DNA from: Planctomycetota bacterium | Lineage (GTDB): Bacteria > Planctomycetota > UBA8108 > SXIK01 | Assembly (NCBI GenBank): GCA_965223845.1 | Contig: CBDCXR010000004.1 | Location: 2,528,001-2,592,000 of the forward strand | Reading direction: 5' to 3' | Length of the DNA stretch: 64,000 nt | Part shown: in pieces, positions 10,101-18,488 of the stretch | Layout: each line of letters starts with the position of its first letter | Position numbering within the stretch: the first letter of the stretch is position 1 | Translations under genes and position numbers: made by a program | The notes under the pieces: model-generated | What the model was told of the DNA's origin: nothing | The model's database searches: none | The model's input: the letters and a program-made list of their open reading frames with translations, nothing else

Positions 10101-10227
10101 ATTCGAAGCCGATGAGCTCGACGCAGAGAAGATCGCCGGCGACGGTGACGCGAGTGCATCCTTGGCGGCGTGGGTTCTCGTAGCACGCGTCGTTCTCAAC
10201 CTGGACGAGACGATCACGCGAGAATGA
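7192..10227 (+). CDS. Planctomycete cytochrome c / DUF1549 (PSCyt2) / DUF1553 (PSD1) domain protein
   Basis: Signal peptide; FQRDVRPILSRYCFACHGPD; YGERWARRWLDLARYSDT; CAQCHTHKYDP; PTHPELLDWLA; PLQALTLLND. Confidence 0.92.
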   Translation: MSPASSFLRATIACALIAATAHADAPSFQRDVRPILSRYCFACHGPDEESRQAKLRLDTFAGATNDLGGQRAIAPGAPEASELLRRVAAFDPAERMPPPESGKTLTREEVDTLRRWIAAGAEYERHWAFVAPARPSLPEVSDPSWPRGAIDRFVLARLDAAGLRPSPPADRYTLIRRLYLDLLGVPPTPAEADAFVRDSHPDAYEKLVDGLLARPEYGERWARRWLDLARYSDTNGYEKDRPRSMWPYRDWVIHAFLRDAPFDEFTIDQLAGDMVERGSLEQRVATGFHRNTMLNEEGGIDPLEYRYYAMVDRVATTGTTWLGLTLGCAQCHTHKYDPISQTDYYRFFALLNNADEPDLSVPDATTRERQREIDSEIATREAELEAAFPPAPGASSGDESARRAHFDAKFSTWLESEEKRAAPWEILRPHAMVSNLARLEVLPDGSIFASGDATKRDVYTFRVQLATLPKPLTALRLEVLPDPRLPDGGPGRAYYEGRKGDFFLSELRASVDGRPAPFSRGTKSYGKISIGSGSADARNVFDGEGSTGWSTSGRAGEAHRLVLQFDRPIESGDELSLELLFERHFVASLGRFRFAVTSSRSDVAATTTPPEIEAILARDASTRTDDERARLRRQFVRVSPDLAEARTAIDELRKRRPRLPTTLVLEERPPDHPRPTFRHHRGEFLSPRERVRPGVPDVLPPLASSRPPDRLALAEWLVSRRHPLTHRVTVNRNWQYFFGAGLVRSSDDFGTQSDPPTHPELLDWLAVELVESGWSIKALHREIVLSATYRQSSRVSPELLERDPENRLLARGARFRVDGEVVRDIALRASDLLVSAIGGPSVRPPQPASVTAVAYGGKAWSASKGADRFRRSLYTFSKRTAPFAAYLTFDAPSGEQCVSRRDRSNSPLQALTLLNDEMFLEFARALANSCATAESPRDRAIAIFRRALTRPPTARELESILEYHARQRARFEADELDAEKIAGDGDASASLAAWVLVARVVLNLDETITRE

Positions 10228-11735
10228 CGATGGCACCAGCTGAATCTCGAGCGACGGCGAACGCGATGGACTCCGCGATTTCCGACTCCGTCCTTCGCCC
10301 GATCACCAGGCGGCATTTCTACGCGCATTGTGGCGTCGGGCTCGGAAGGATCGCCCTCGCTTCACTCATTGCGCCTGGCGCGTCCCGTCGAGCGCACGGC
10401 GAGAGTGAACTCGCAGCCGTCCGCCGCGTCGAGGAACCGACGCGACCGAGAGGCACTCACTTCGCGCCTCGCGCCAAGCGCGTCATCTTCCTCTTCATGG
10501 GAGGGGCGCCGAGTCAGCTCGACCTCTTCGACCCGAAGCCGAAGCTCCGTGAGCTCGCCGGAAAGCCGCTTCCTCCGTCCGTGATCCGAGGCCAACGGTA
10601 CGCGTTCATTCAACCAGACGCGGCGGTATTGCCGCCGGCGTTCGAGTTCGCTCGCCACGGCGAGAGCGGCGTGGAGATCTCCAAGGTTCTCCCTCACACC
10701 GCAAGAATCGTCGACGACATCGCGATCGTTCGATCTCTCCACACCGATCAATTCAATCACGCTCCCGCGCAACTTTTTGCCAACACCGGAAACGCGATCC
10801 CCGGCCGCCCGAGCATCGGTTCGTGGCTCAGCTACGGCATCGGCTCGGAAGCGGACGATCTTCCGGCCTTCGTCGTCCTCCAGGGCGGAGGGAGCGTGAG
10901 CGGCGGCGCGGCGCTTTGGTCCGCCGGAGCTCTTCCGTCCGTTCACCAAGGCGTTCCGTTTCGCAGCCAAGGCGATCCCATCCTCCACGTCGCCCACCCG
11001 CGAGGCCTCGACTCGACCTCGCAGCGCGACGCGCTCGATCTCGTCGGGCGGCTCAATCGCGAACGTCTCGAGCTCGTGGGCGATCCGGAGATCGCAACGC
11101 GCATCAACGCCTACGAAATGGCGTATCGCATGCAATCGCGCGCACCCGAGCTGATGGACCTCTCGCGCGAGTCCGACGCGACGCTCGCTCTCTACGGCGC
11201 CGAGCGGGGCGGCTCCGGGTTCGCGAATCGTTGTCTCCTCGCGCGGCGACTCGCCGAGCGTGGCGTTCGATTCATTCAGATCTATCACTCCGGCTGGGAC
11301 CACCACAGCGACGTGGCCGGCGGGGTTCGCGCTCAGGCGCGACAGACGGATCGCGCTTCGGCGGCGCTCATCCTCGACCTCAAGCAGCGTGGGATGCTCG
11401 ACGACACTCTCGTCATCTGGGGCGGCGAATTCGGACGGACTCCGATGGTCGAAGCGAGCGCCGCGCTCGGCCGGAGCCGCGGTCGCGACCATCACCCGCA
11501 GGCGTTCACGATGTGGTTCGCCGGCGGCGGGATCCGTCCCGGAACCGTATTCGGGAAGACGGACGAGCTCGGCTTTCACGTGGCGGAGGATCCCGTGCAC
11601 GTCCGCGACGTGCATGCGACGCTCCTCCACCTGATGGGTCTCGACCACGAACGACTCTCGATCCGGAATCGCGGACTCGATGTGCGCCTCACGGGCGTCG
11701 AACCCTGTCGAGTCGTCAGCGAAATCCTCGCCTGA
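10224..11735 (+). CDS. DUF1501 domain protein
   Basis: ATGA overlap with the DUF1553 stop; twin-arginine TRRHF; AKRVIFLFMGGAPSQLDLFDPKP; WDHH; GEFGRTP; GRDHH. Confidence 0.9.
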   Translation: MTMAPAESRATANAMDSAISDSVLRPITRRHFYAHCGVGLGRIALASLIAPGASRRAHGESELAAVRRVEEPTRPRGTHFAPRAKRVIFLFMGGAPSQLDLFDPKPKLRELAGKPLPPSVIRGQRYAFIQPDAAVLPPAFEFARHGESGVEISKVLPHTARIVDDIAIVRSLHTDQFNHAPAQLFANTGNAIPGRPSIGSWLSYGIGSEADDLPAFVVLQGGGSVSGGAALWSAGALPSVHQGVPFRSQGDPILHVAHPRGLDSTSQRDALDLVGRLNRERLELVGDPEIATRINAYEMAYRMQSRAPELMDLSRESDATLALYGAERGGSGFANRCLLARRLAERGVRFIQIYHSGWDHHSDVAGGVRAQARQTDRASAALILDLKQRGMLDDTLVIWGGEFGRTPMVEASAALGRSRGRDHHPQAFTMWFAGGGIRPGTVFGKTDELGFHVAEDPVHVRDVHATLLHLMGLDHERLSIRNRGLDVRLTGVEPCRVVSEILA

Positions 11736-11868
11736 GCCGGTCTCGGATCGCTCTCCGACCTGGACGCGACGTGACGAGTCGGCGAGAATGCGCCTGACGC
11801 CCGCGAGACGGCTCGGTCTCGTGGGAAAGCCCGAACCGCACGGTGGAGAGAGCCGCGGGAGAGTGCGC

Positions 11869-13308
11869 ATGATCGAGCGGAATCGCGAAATGGAATCCGC
11901 CACGGGATCGCGAGTGAGCATTCGCTCCTCGCTCCTCAGTCGAAGGGGAGTGCTTTCGATCGGAGCCGGCGCGTTCGGATTGTCGCTCTCCGGCCTGCTC
12001 CGCGCCGACGCTCGACGCGAAACGAGCGTTCCACCCGGGGGCGGTGCACGACCGATCGCACCGCGCGCGAAATCGGTCATCGTTCTCTACTTGAACGGCG
12101 GCCCGTCCCAGCTCGACATGTGGGATATGAAGCCGGAGGCGCCGCGCGAAATTCGCGGGACGTTCTCACCGATCCCGTCGAACGTGCCGGGGATTCAGGT
12201 CTGCGAGCACATGCCCCGGATGGCGCAGCTCGCGAATCGCTACACGATCGTCCGGTCGATGAGCCACTCGGAGTCGGACCACCTCCGCGCCGGTTACTGG
12301 GTGATGACCGGTGGACGACTCACGCGGCCGATCGATGCGTTTTCGAGCATGGAACGAAGCGACCGCCCGCACTTCGGGTCGATCGTCTCCCGTGTTCGAC
12401 CGTCGAGCGGCCTTCCGTCGTTCGTCGTTCTTCCCGAGTACGTCTCACCGCGAGGACCGGCGAGACCCGGCCAGCACGGGGGGTTCTTGGGCAGCCGACA
12501 CGATCCGTACGCTATTCTCAGCGATCCCAATCTTCCGAATTATTCGCCCGGACCGATTCGCGACGGCCAGACGACGTCGCTTCCGCGCTGGCGAAGTCGG
12601 CGCTCTCTCCTTCACTCGTTCGAGGACGCATCACGCACCGCGCTCACGAACGGCGAGGACTACGACCAGTTTCGCGCGAAGGCTCTCGATCTCGTCGCAT
12701 CGGGAGCAGCGAGGCGCGCGTTCGACCTCTCCGATGAATCCGATCGAACGAGAAACCGGTACGGTCGTCACGTCTTCGGCCAATCGGTGCTCGTCGCACG
12801 CCGGCTCGTCGAGGCGGGCGTCCGCATCGTTCAGGTCAACTTTGTCCGGAACGACGACGGAAAGGGAGGCCAAGGCTACGACTCCCACAGCTCTCCGCCC
12901 AATCCGCCCCACCTCTCCTGGGCGAAGAAGGAGCTACTCCCTCCGACCGACGCGGCCTTCGCCGCGCTCATCGAGGATCTCGTCGATCGCGGCCTACTCG
13001 ATGAAACACTCGTCGTCCTCATGGGAGAGTTCGGACGAACGCCAAAATTCAACGCGAACGGCGGACGCGACCACTGGCCGGACTGCTACAGCCTCGTCCT
13101 AGCGGGCGGAGGAGTCGCGGGCGGACACGTCTACGGCGCCTCGGACCCGATCGCGGCGAAGCCCACTCGAGATCCGGTGTCTCCCGACGATCTCCTCGCG
13201 ACGGTCTATCACCTCCTCGGAGTCGACCACCGCGCGGAGATTCACGATCTACTCGACCGGCCGCATCTCACGGTGGACGGTGAGCCGGTGCGCGGGCTTC
13301 TCAGCTAG
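11869..13308 (+). CDS. DUF1501 domain protein (second subtype)
   Basis: SRRGVL twin-arginine motif; AKSVIVLYLNGGPSQLDMWDMKP; GEFGRTPK; GRDHWP. Start at 11869 or 11890. Confidence 0.9.
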   Translation: MIERNREMESATGSRVSIRSSLLSRRGVLSIGAGAFGLSLSGLLRADARRETSVPPGGGARPIAPRAKSVIVLYLNGGPSQLDMWDMKPEAPREIRGTFSPIPSNVPGIQVCEHMPRMAQLANRYTIVRSMSHSESDHLRAGYWVMTGGRLTRPIDAFSSMERSDRPHFGSIVSRVRPSSGLPSFVVLPEYVSPRGPARPGQHGGFLGSRHDPYAILSDPNLPNYSPGPIRDGQTTSLPRWRSRRSLLHSFEDASRTALTNGEDYDQFRAKALDLVASGAARRAFDLSDESDRTRNRYGRHVFGQSVLVARRLVEAGVRIVQVNFVRNDDGKGGQGYDSHSSPPNPPHLSWAKKELLPPTDAAFAALIEDLVDRGLLDETLVVLMGEFGRTPKFNANGGRDHWPDCYSLVLAGGGVAGGHVYGASDPIAAKPTRDPVSPDDLLATVYHLLGVDHRAEIHDLLDRPHLTVDGEPVRGLLS

Positions 13309-13317
13309 GTTCGAGTT

Positions 13318-13380
13318 CAGATCCCGTTCCCGTTCCCGACAAACTTCATCTTCTCCTCCCCTTCGTCGGGACGGGATCTG
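13318..13380. repeat. Short copy of the GTTCCC palindromic element between convergent genes (possible bidirectional terminator)
   Basis: CAGATCCCGT...ACGGGATCTG terminal inverted repeat; 13322-13355 matches the reverse complement of 7043-7076 at 33/34. Confidence 0.75.
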
Positions 13381-13417
13381 CGCGCTGCAGGCGCTTCCGA
13401 CCGTGGACCCGTCGAGC

Positions 13418-14767
13418 TCAACCCCGCGGAATCCGCCACCCGTTCTTCTTCAGAATATCGAGCACCACTGCGCCGAGAATCACGCCGCCCAGAACGACCA
13501 TCTGCGTGTTGCTTTCGACGTCCGTCAGATTCATGCCGTTTCGAATGACTGCAATGATGAGCGCACCGATCAGCGTCCCGAGGATCTTCCCCTCCCCGCC
13601 CGCGAGGCTCGTCCCACCGACGACGACGGCAGCGATGACTTCGAGCTCGGCGCTTAACCCGTAGGTCGGATCACCGCTCTTCAGCTCCGATGCGCGGATG
13701 ATCCCGCCGACTCCGGCGAGCGCGCCACAGAGCGTGTAGCAGAGTAGGAGCACACGCTTCACCGGCACTCCCGAAAGCCGTGCGGCCTCGGGGTTCCCGC
13801 CCACCGCGTAGACGTAGCGTCCGAAGACGGTTCGCGTCATGACGAAGTGCGCGATGACGTAGAGAACGAGCATCAGCACGACTGCGTTCGGAACACCGAA
13901 GAGGAATCCTCGCCCGAGCCTAGTAAACGTCGACGGTAGCTGATAGATCGACTGAGAGTTCGAGAGTATGTAGGCGAGACCGCTCGCGATTTGCATCATG
14001 CTGAGCGTTGCGATGAACGCCGGCACACGGAAGAGGGTGACCATCAAGCCCGAGAACGCGCCCATCAGCGCGGCGACCATGACCGCGACAAGAGACCAAG
14101 CCGTCATTGCGAACACGCCGGCTTCCTCGGCCCCGCCGAGCTCCCGGATGAGGTAGGCCGCGACGACGGCCGAGAGAGCGATCAGACTCCCGACGGAAAG
14201 ATCGATTCCGGCAGTGATGATGACGAGAGTCATCCCGATCGCGATGATCGCGATCACGGCGATGCGATTCGCTACCGCGCGCAGATTTGCGGCCTTGAGG
14301 AAATCGGGCCACGAATACGTGAGCGGCACCTCGAGTTCGGCCGACGCTATCGCTGGGAAACGCTCGGCGCGCTCGCGCAGAAACCCGTAGTTCGCGATCG
14401 CGCGCGAGCACGCGATGACCGACACGGGCCGCTCGGAAACGACGGACTCGAGCCCGCTCCGAAGCTCGGGCGGACCGCCACGGATCTCAGCGCGCACGGA
14501 TCCCCCTCGCGCTTCGAGCTCGGTCCGCACCGCGCTGGCGAAGCTTCGACCCTCCTCGGTCTCCGCAGCGAGGACGACGACACCGACGCCACCCCCATGC
14601 CGGCCGGCGATGTCGCGCGCGAGCTCGATGCCGGCGTCGGCTCCGGTCGGATTCTGCTCTTTGAACGTCGCGATCGAAAAGAACGCGCAGAGGAGCAGCA
14701 ATACGAAGACCATGCCGTAGTCGGCCGTGAAGCGGGATAGCGTGGCTCGTAGACTCTTGGCAACCAT
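13418..14767 (-). CDS. rbsC: Ribose/monosaccharide ABC transporter permease with a large soluble insertion
   Basis: GMTLVIITAGIDLSVGS; FGRYVYAVGGNPEAARLSGV; ELEVIAAVVVGGTSLAGGEG. Start placed at ATG 14767. Confidence 0.85.
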   Translation of the reverse strand: MVAKSLRATLSRFTADYGMVFVLLLLCAFFSIATFKEQNPTGADAGIELARDIAGRHGGGVGVVVLAAETEEGRSFASAVRTELEARGGSVRAEIRGGPPELRSGLESVVSERPVSVIACSRAIANYGFLRERAERFPAIASAELEVPLTYSWPDFLKAANLRAVANRIAVIAIIAIGMTLVIITAGIDLSVGSLIALSAVVAAYLIRELGGAEEAGVFAMTAWSLVAVMVAALMGAFSGLMVTLFRVPAFIATLSMMQIASGLAYILSNSQSIYQLPSTFTRLGRGFLFGVPNAVVLMLVLYVIAHFVMTRTVFGRYVYAVGGNPEAARLSGVPVKRVLLLCYTLCGALAGVGGIIRASELKSGDPTYGLSAELEVIAAVVVGGTSLAGGEGKILGTLIGALIIAVIRNGMNLTDVESNTQMVVLGGVILGAVVLDILKKNGWRIPRG

Positions 14768-14789
14768 GTCGCTGATTCGGACTGCGGAT

Positions 14790-16289
14790 TCAACCGATGG
14801 CGAGCCGGAGGACGTCCTCCTGCGTCGCCGCGGAGACATCGTCGATTTCGCCGGTCACTCGCCCCTCGTGAACGACGATGATACGGTCGGACATCCCGAG
14901 CACCTCCGGCAGCTCGGAGCTAATCATGACGACCGCTTTTCCGCGGGCGGCGAGGTCGTTCATGAGAAGGTAGATCTCGTACTTACTTCCGACGTCGATG
15001 CCCCGGGTCGGCTCGTCGAAGATCACCACGTCGCAATTCCGCGCGAGCCATTTTGCGAGAACGACCTTCTGTTGGTTGCCGCCGGAAAGATTGCCGGCTC
15101 GTTGTTCGGGCCCCGAAATCTTGATCCGTAGCTGCTCGACGTAAGAGGCGAAGCGATCGCGCTCGAGACGTCCGCGAAGGACTCCGAGTCGAGAGTGCGC
15201 GTCGACGTTGGGAAGACCGAAGTTCTCGAGCACCGAATGGACCAGTGCGAGCCCCTGTCCCTTTCGATCCTCCGTGAGGAGGCAGATACCGACGCCGATC
15301 GCGTCCCGAGGTGATTCGACTGCGACCGTATTCCCGTCGACCTCGATCGTTCCGGCGTCGCGAGAGTCCGCACCGAAGATGAGCCGGGCGATCTCCGTTC
15401 TTCCGGCGCCGACGAGTCCCGTGAGAGCGACGATTTCGCCCCCGCGAACGTCGAACGAGACATCGTTCACCTCTCGGCCGCGACTGAGACCGCGAACGCG
15501 GAGGCGAACCTCCCCGACGCGCGGCTCGCGCGGGGGAAACTCCTGCTCGAGCGTTCGTCCGACCATCATTTCGATCAGCTTCTCACGCGTGACGTCAGCG
15601 AGCGGCCGCGTCCCGATGGGCTGACCGTCGCGCAATACGGTGACGCGATCCGCGAGAGCGAAGATCTCATCGAGGCGATGGCTGATGTAGATCACGCCGA
15701 TCCCCTGCGCTTGCAGGTCGCGGACGATCGTGAAGAGGTGCTCGACCTCCTGGGGAGTCAGCGTCGCGCTCGGTTCGTCCATGACGATGATCCGCGCGTC
15801 GAGCGAGAGAGCCTTCGCGATTTCGACGGTTTGCTGCTGGGCGATCGAAAGGCGGCGGCAAGGAACCTCCGGATCGATGGCGACCCCGAGGCGCGCGAAG
15901 AGCTCGCGCGTACGCCGCACCTCTTCGTCGCGGTGGATGAATCCCGCGGTGCTTTTCTCGCGGCCGAGAAAGAGGTTCTCGCGGGCGGACAGCGCCGGAA
16001 CGAGATTGAATTCCTGGTAGATCACCGCGATGCCGAAGCGCTGCGCGTCGCTCGGCTCCGTGATTTCGACGGGCTCGCCGTCGATCTCGATCGTTCCCTC
16101 GTCCGGTGTGTGGGCGCCACCGAGCACCTTGATGAGCGTGCTCTTTCCGGCGCCGTTCTCTCCGAGGAGCGCGAGAACCTCGCCCCGATGGAGCTCGAGG
16201 TCGACCCCGGCGAGCGCACGAACTCCCGGAAACGACTTCTCGATCCCCCGCATCCTCAGGAGCGGAGGCGAGTCGGCCGCGACGATCAC
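14790..16289 (-). CDS. rbsA: Sugar ABC transporter ATP-binding protein (two NBDs)
   Basis: GENGAGKSTL; MDEPSATL; LSGGNQQKVVLAKWL; DEPTRGIDVG. GTGA overlap with the upstream binding-protein stop. Confidence 0.9.
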   Translation of the reverse strand: MIVAADSPPLLRMRGIEKSFPGVRALAGVDLELHRGEVLALLGENGAGKSTLIKVLGGAHTPDEGTIEIDGEPVEITEPSDAQRFGIAVIYQEFNLVPALSARENLFLGREKSTAGFIHRDEEVRRTRELFARLGVAIDPEVPCRRLSIAQQQTVEIAKALSLDARIIVMDEPSATLTPQEVEHLFTIVRDLQAQGIGVIYISHRLDEIFALADRVTVLRDGQPIGTRPLADVTREKLIEMMVGRTLEQEFPPREPRVGEVRLRVRGLSRGREVNDVSFDVRGGEIVALTGLVGAGRTEIARLIFGADSRDAGTIEVDGNTVAVESPRDAIGVGICLLTEDRKGQGLALVHSVLENFGLPNVDAHSRLGVLRGRLERDRFASYVEQLRIKISGPEQRAGNLSGGNQQKVVLAKWLARNCDVVIFDEPTRGIDVGSKYEIYLLMNDLAARGKAVVMISSELPEVLGMSDRIIVVHEGRVTGEIDDVSAATQEDVLRLAIG

Positions 16290-17293
16290 TTGAGCGTCGG
16301 ATCCTTCTCGGCGTCCGCCTTCCGGTACGAGGCCGTGGGAATGAGTTGCACCGGCTCGACGGACTCGCCGTTGAAGTACGCGATCATGTTCTCGACGGTC
16401 TGGATCGCCATGCGGTCCGGAAACTGAACCGGACTGTCGAACAGCCTTCCTTCCTTGATCGCCACTTTCGCTTCCGGCTGTCCGTCGAATCCGACGACGA
16501 CGACCTGATCCTCCTTCTTCTCGGCTTCGAGCGCCGCGCGCGCACCGAGGGCGGCTGGGTCGTTGATCGCGAAGATCCCGCCGAGATCGCCGTGCGCATT
16601 GAGGGCGTCGCGGGCGGCGTTCTGCCCTTCCTCCTTGTCTCCACCGCACTCGAGAGTCGACACGATTTCGATCTTGTTGGTCGCGGTCTCGTTGTGCTCA
16701 CCGATGCGCTCGAGGAATCCCTTCACGCGATCGATGCACGATTCGACCCGCTTGAACTCGAGCACGGCGACTTTGCCGCCTCCCTCGCCGAGAGCGTCGA
16801 TCATCGCCTGCCCCGCCACTCGACCGCCGCCGAAGTTGTCGGTGCCGACATGGGAGACGACCTTCGCGGTGGGGTCCTCACAAATCGTGTCGATCGTGAA
16901 GACGGGAATCCCGGCTTGATTGGCCTCGACGATGACCGGGCCGATCGCCTTGGTGTTTCGCGGACAGAGTATGATCGCCGCGACCTTCTTCACGATGAAC
17001 TCTTTGACGTGCTCCTTCTGAAGCGCGATCTTCCCGTCGGGATTTCGGACGAGCGTTTCGTAGCCGTGCTTCTTCGCTTCAGCCGTGACGGTGTCCGCGA
17101 TGAGCTTGAAGAACGGGTTCGTGAGTGTCTGAACTGAGATCCCGATCTCTCGCGTCGATTCCGGCTCTCCACCGGACGAGCCCGCCGATGCCCCCAGATC
17201 GGCCGGAGACCGCTTCGAGTCCGCACAACCGAGCGGCAAGAGGATCAACGCGAGGACGACGAAGTTGAGCCAAGATCTGATCATGGAATACAT
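16286..17293 (-). CDS. Sugar ABC transporter substrate-binding lipoprotein (RbsB-like)
   Basis: Lipobox LPLGC; TLTNPFF; VGTDNFGGG; IFAINDPAALGA; VVGFDG. Start at 17293 or 17284. Confidence 0.88.
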   Translation of the reverse strand: MYSMIRSWLNFVVLALILLPLGCADSKRSPADLGASAGSSGGEPESTREIGISVQTLTNPFFKLIADTVTAEAKKHGYETLVRNPDGKIALQKEHVKEFIVKKVAAIILCPRNTKAIGPVIVEANQAGIPVFTIDTICEDPTAKVVSHVGTDNFGGGRVAGQAMIDALGEGGGKVAVLEFKRVESCIDRVKGFLERIGEHNETATNKIEIVSTLECGGDKEEGQNAARDALNAHGDLGGIFAINDPAALGARAALEAEKKEDQVVVVGFDGQPEAKVAIKEGRLFDSPVQFPDRMAIQTVENMIAYFNGESVEPVQLIPTASYRKADAEKDPTLK

Positions 17294-17820
17294 CCGGTCG
17301 CTAAGGCCCATCCGTTCGCTAAGGAATCGCGCGCTCACGGTAGATGAACGACGCGCGGCGCGTCCCGATTCTGACGAAGAAGAACCGAAACATCTGACAG
17401 ATCTTCGCACTGATTGTCGAGGGTTTTGAGGATCGCGCGCGAGTGGATCGACGGAAGGCACGGGAATCACAGGCTCGACGAACGCTCCGGAGTTCGCCTG
17501 GCCGGTTCGCGTCCGACTCTCGTCGAGGAGATTCGCGTGAGATCGGGGAATGAACCCGAAGAAAGTGCGGCAAGCATTGTCCCCTCCGGCGAGGGCGATC
17601 GATGGGATTCACGGGACGGGTTGAGAACGCTTTTCCAGTTGTCCTCGTCCTTGAGCAGCAATGCATCTCTCGCTCGTAGAGACTCGCCGCCCGCTGCGGA
17701 TAGTATTGCCTGTGCTTAACCCGGACTTCTCACCAGATTCTGCTACGACGCCGTAAGACAAGAACTGAGCATCGGATGCGTCGCCACCCGGCCTCAGGTG
17801 GTGCTTCGGGAGAACCCGTA

Positions 17821-18218
17821 ATGACGAGGATGACGCGCGCCGGCGAGATCACTTCCTCCGTCGGAGCCCAGAGATGGACTCTCGTGTGTGTCACCGCCCT
17901 CGGCGCGCTTCTTGTGGCCGGTTGTAGGCAGCCCGCTGCGCGTTCGAGGGCGGCAACGGCTGTGCAGGCGAGAGACTCTACGGTGAGTCCGCCAAACCGA
18001 ACATGGCCGATGGTGCTCGAGGACGACTTCGAGAACGAGGAGCTCGCGGATTTCTGGGCGCCCGGAGACTACGGGAGCGGCCGTTACGAGGCCGGCGCGG
18101 TCAAGATCACCAGGAAGCGAAGGAGTCGATGCCGCTTTCGTCGGCTGCCAATGCGGTTACGGGCAAGCTGACGATCCGGAGCAGGGAAACCGACGAAACG
18201 GTCTCGTTCATGCCCTGA
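17821..18218 (+). pseudogene. Truncated lipoprotein, probably the N-terminus of a polysaccharide (heparin lyase I-like) lyase joined to unrelated gene debris
   Basis: Lipobox LVAGC, then DDFENEELADFWAPGDYGSGRYEAGAV; protein-like sequence stops near 18110. Family assignment is from memory. Confidence 0.45.
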
Positions 18219-18488
18219 TTGCTTCGACGGACGAAACGAGTTCCACGCGGTCTTCGGTATGGATCTCCAGATCGATCCGCGGGAGAATTCGGCTCTTTTC
18301 AGCGCGAACGCGGAACGACCTGCGGCCACGGCGATACGCCCCGACATTCCCTTCAGTTGGTCCTGTAGACACCTGTCGAAATGTCGAGAACGTCGTAGAC
18401 TGTCTACCTCGTTCTTGCGCCAAAGTATCGCCCTTCTCCTGCGCCGGTCACGGTCACGACCATACCCGGCCTCAACCCGGCCGGATCC

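Noticed and set aside
6949-13380. GGGAAC/GTTCCC repeats as a CRISPR array
   Set aside because: No regular repeat-spacer periodicity and no cas genes. The copies are inverted and 6 kb apart.
17467-17666. Short ORFs upstream of the ABC operon
   Set aside because: No recognisable motifs or convincing translation signals.
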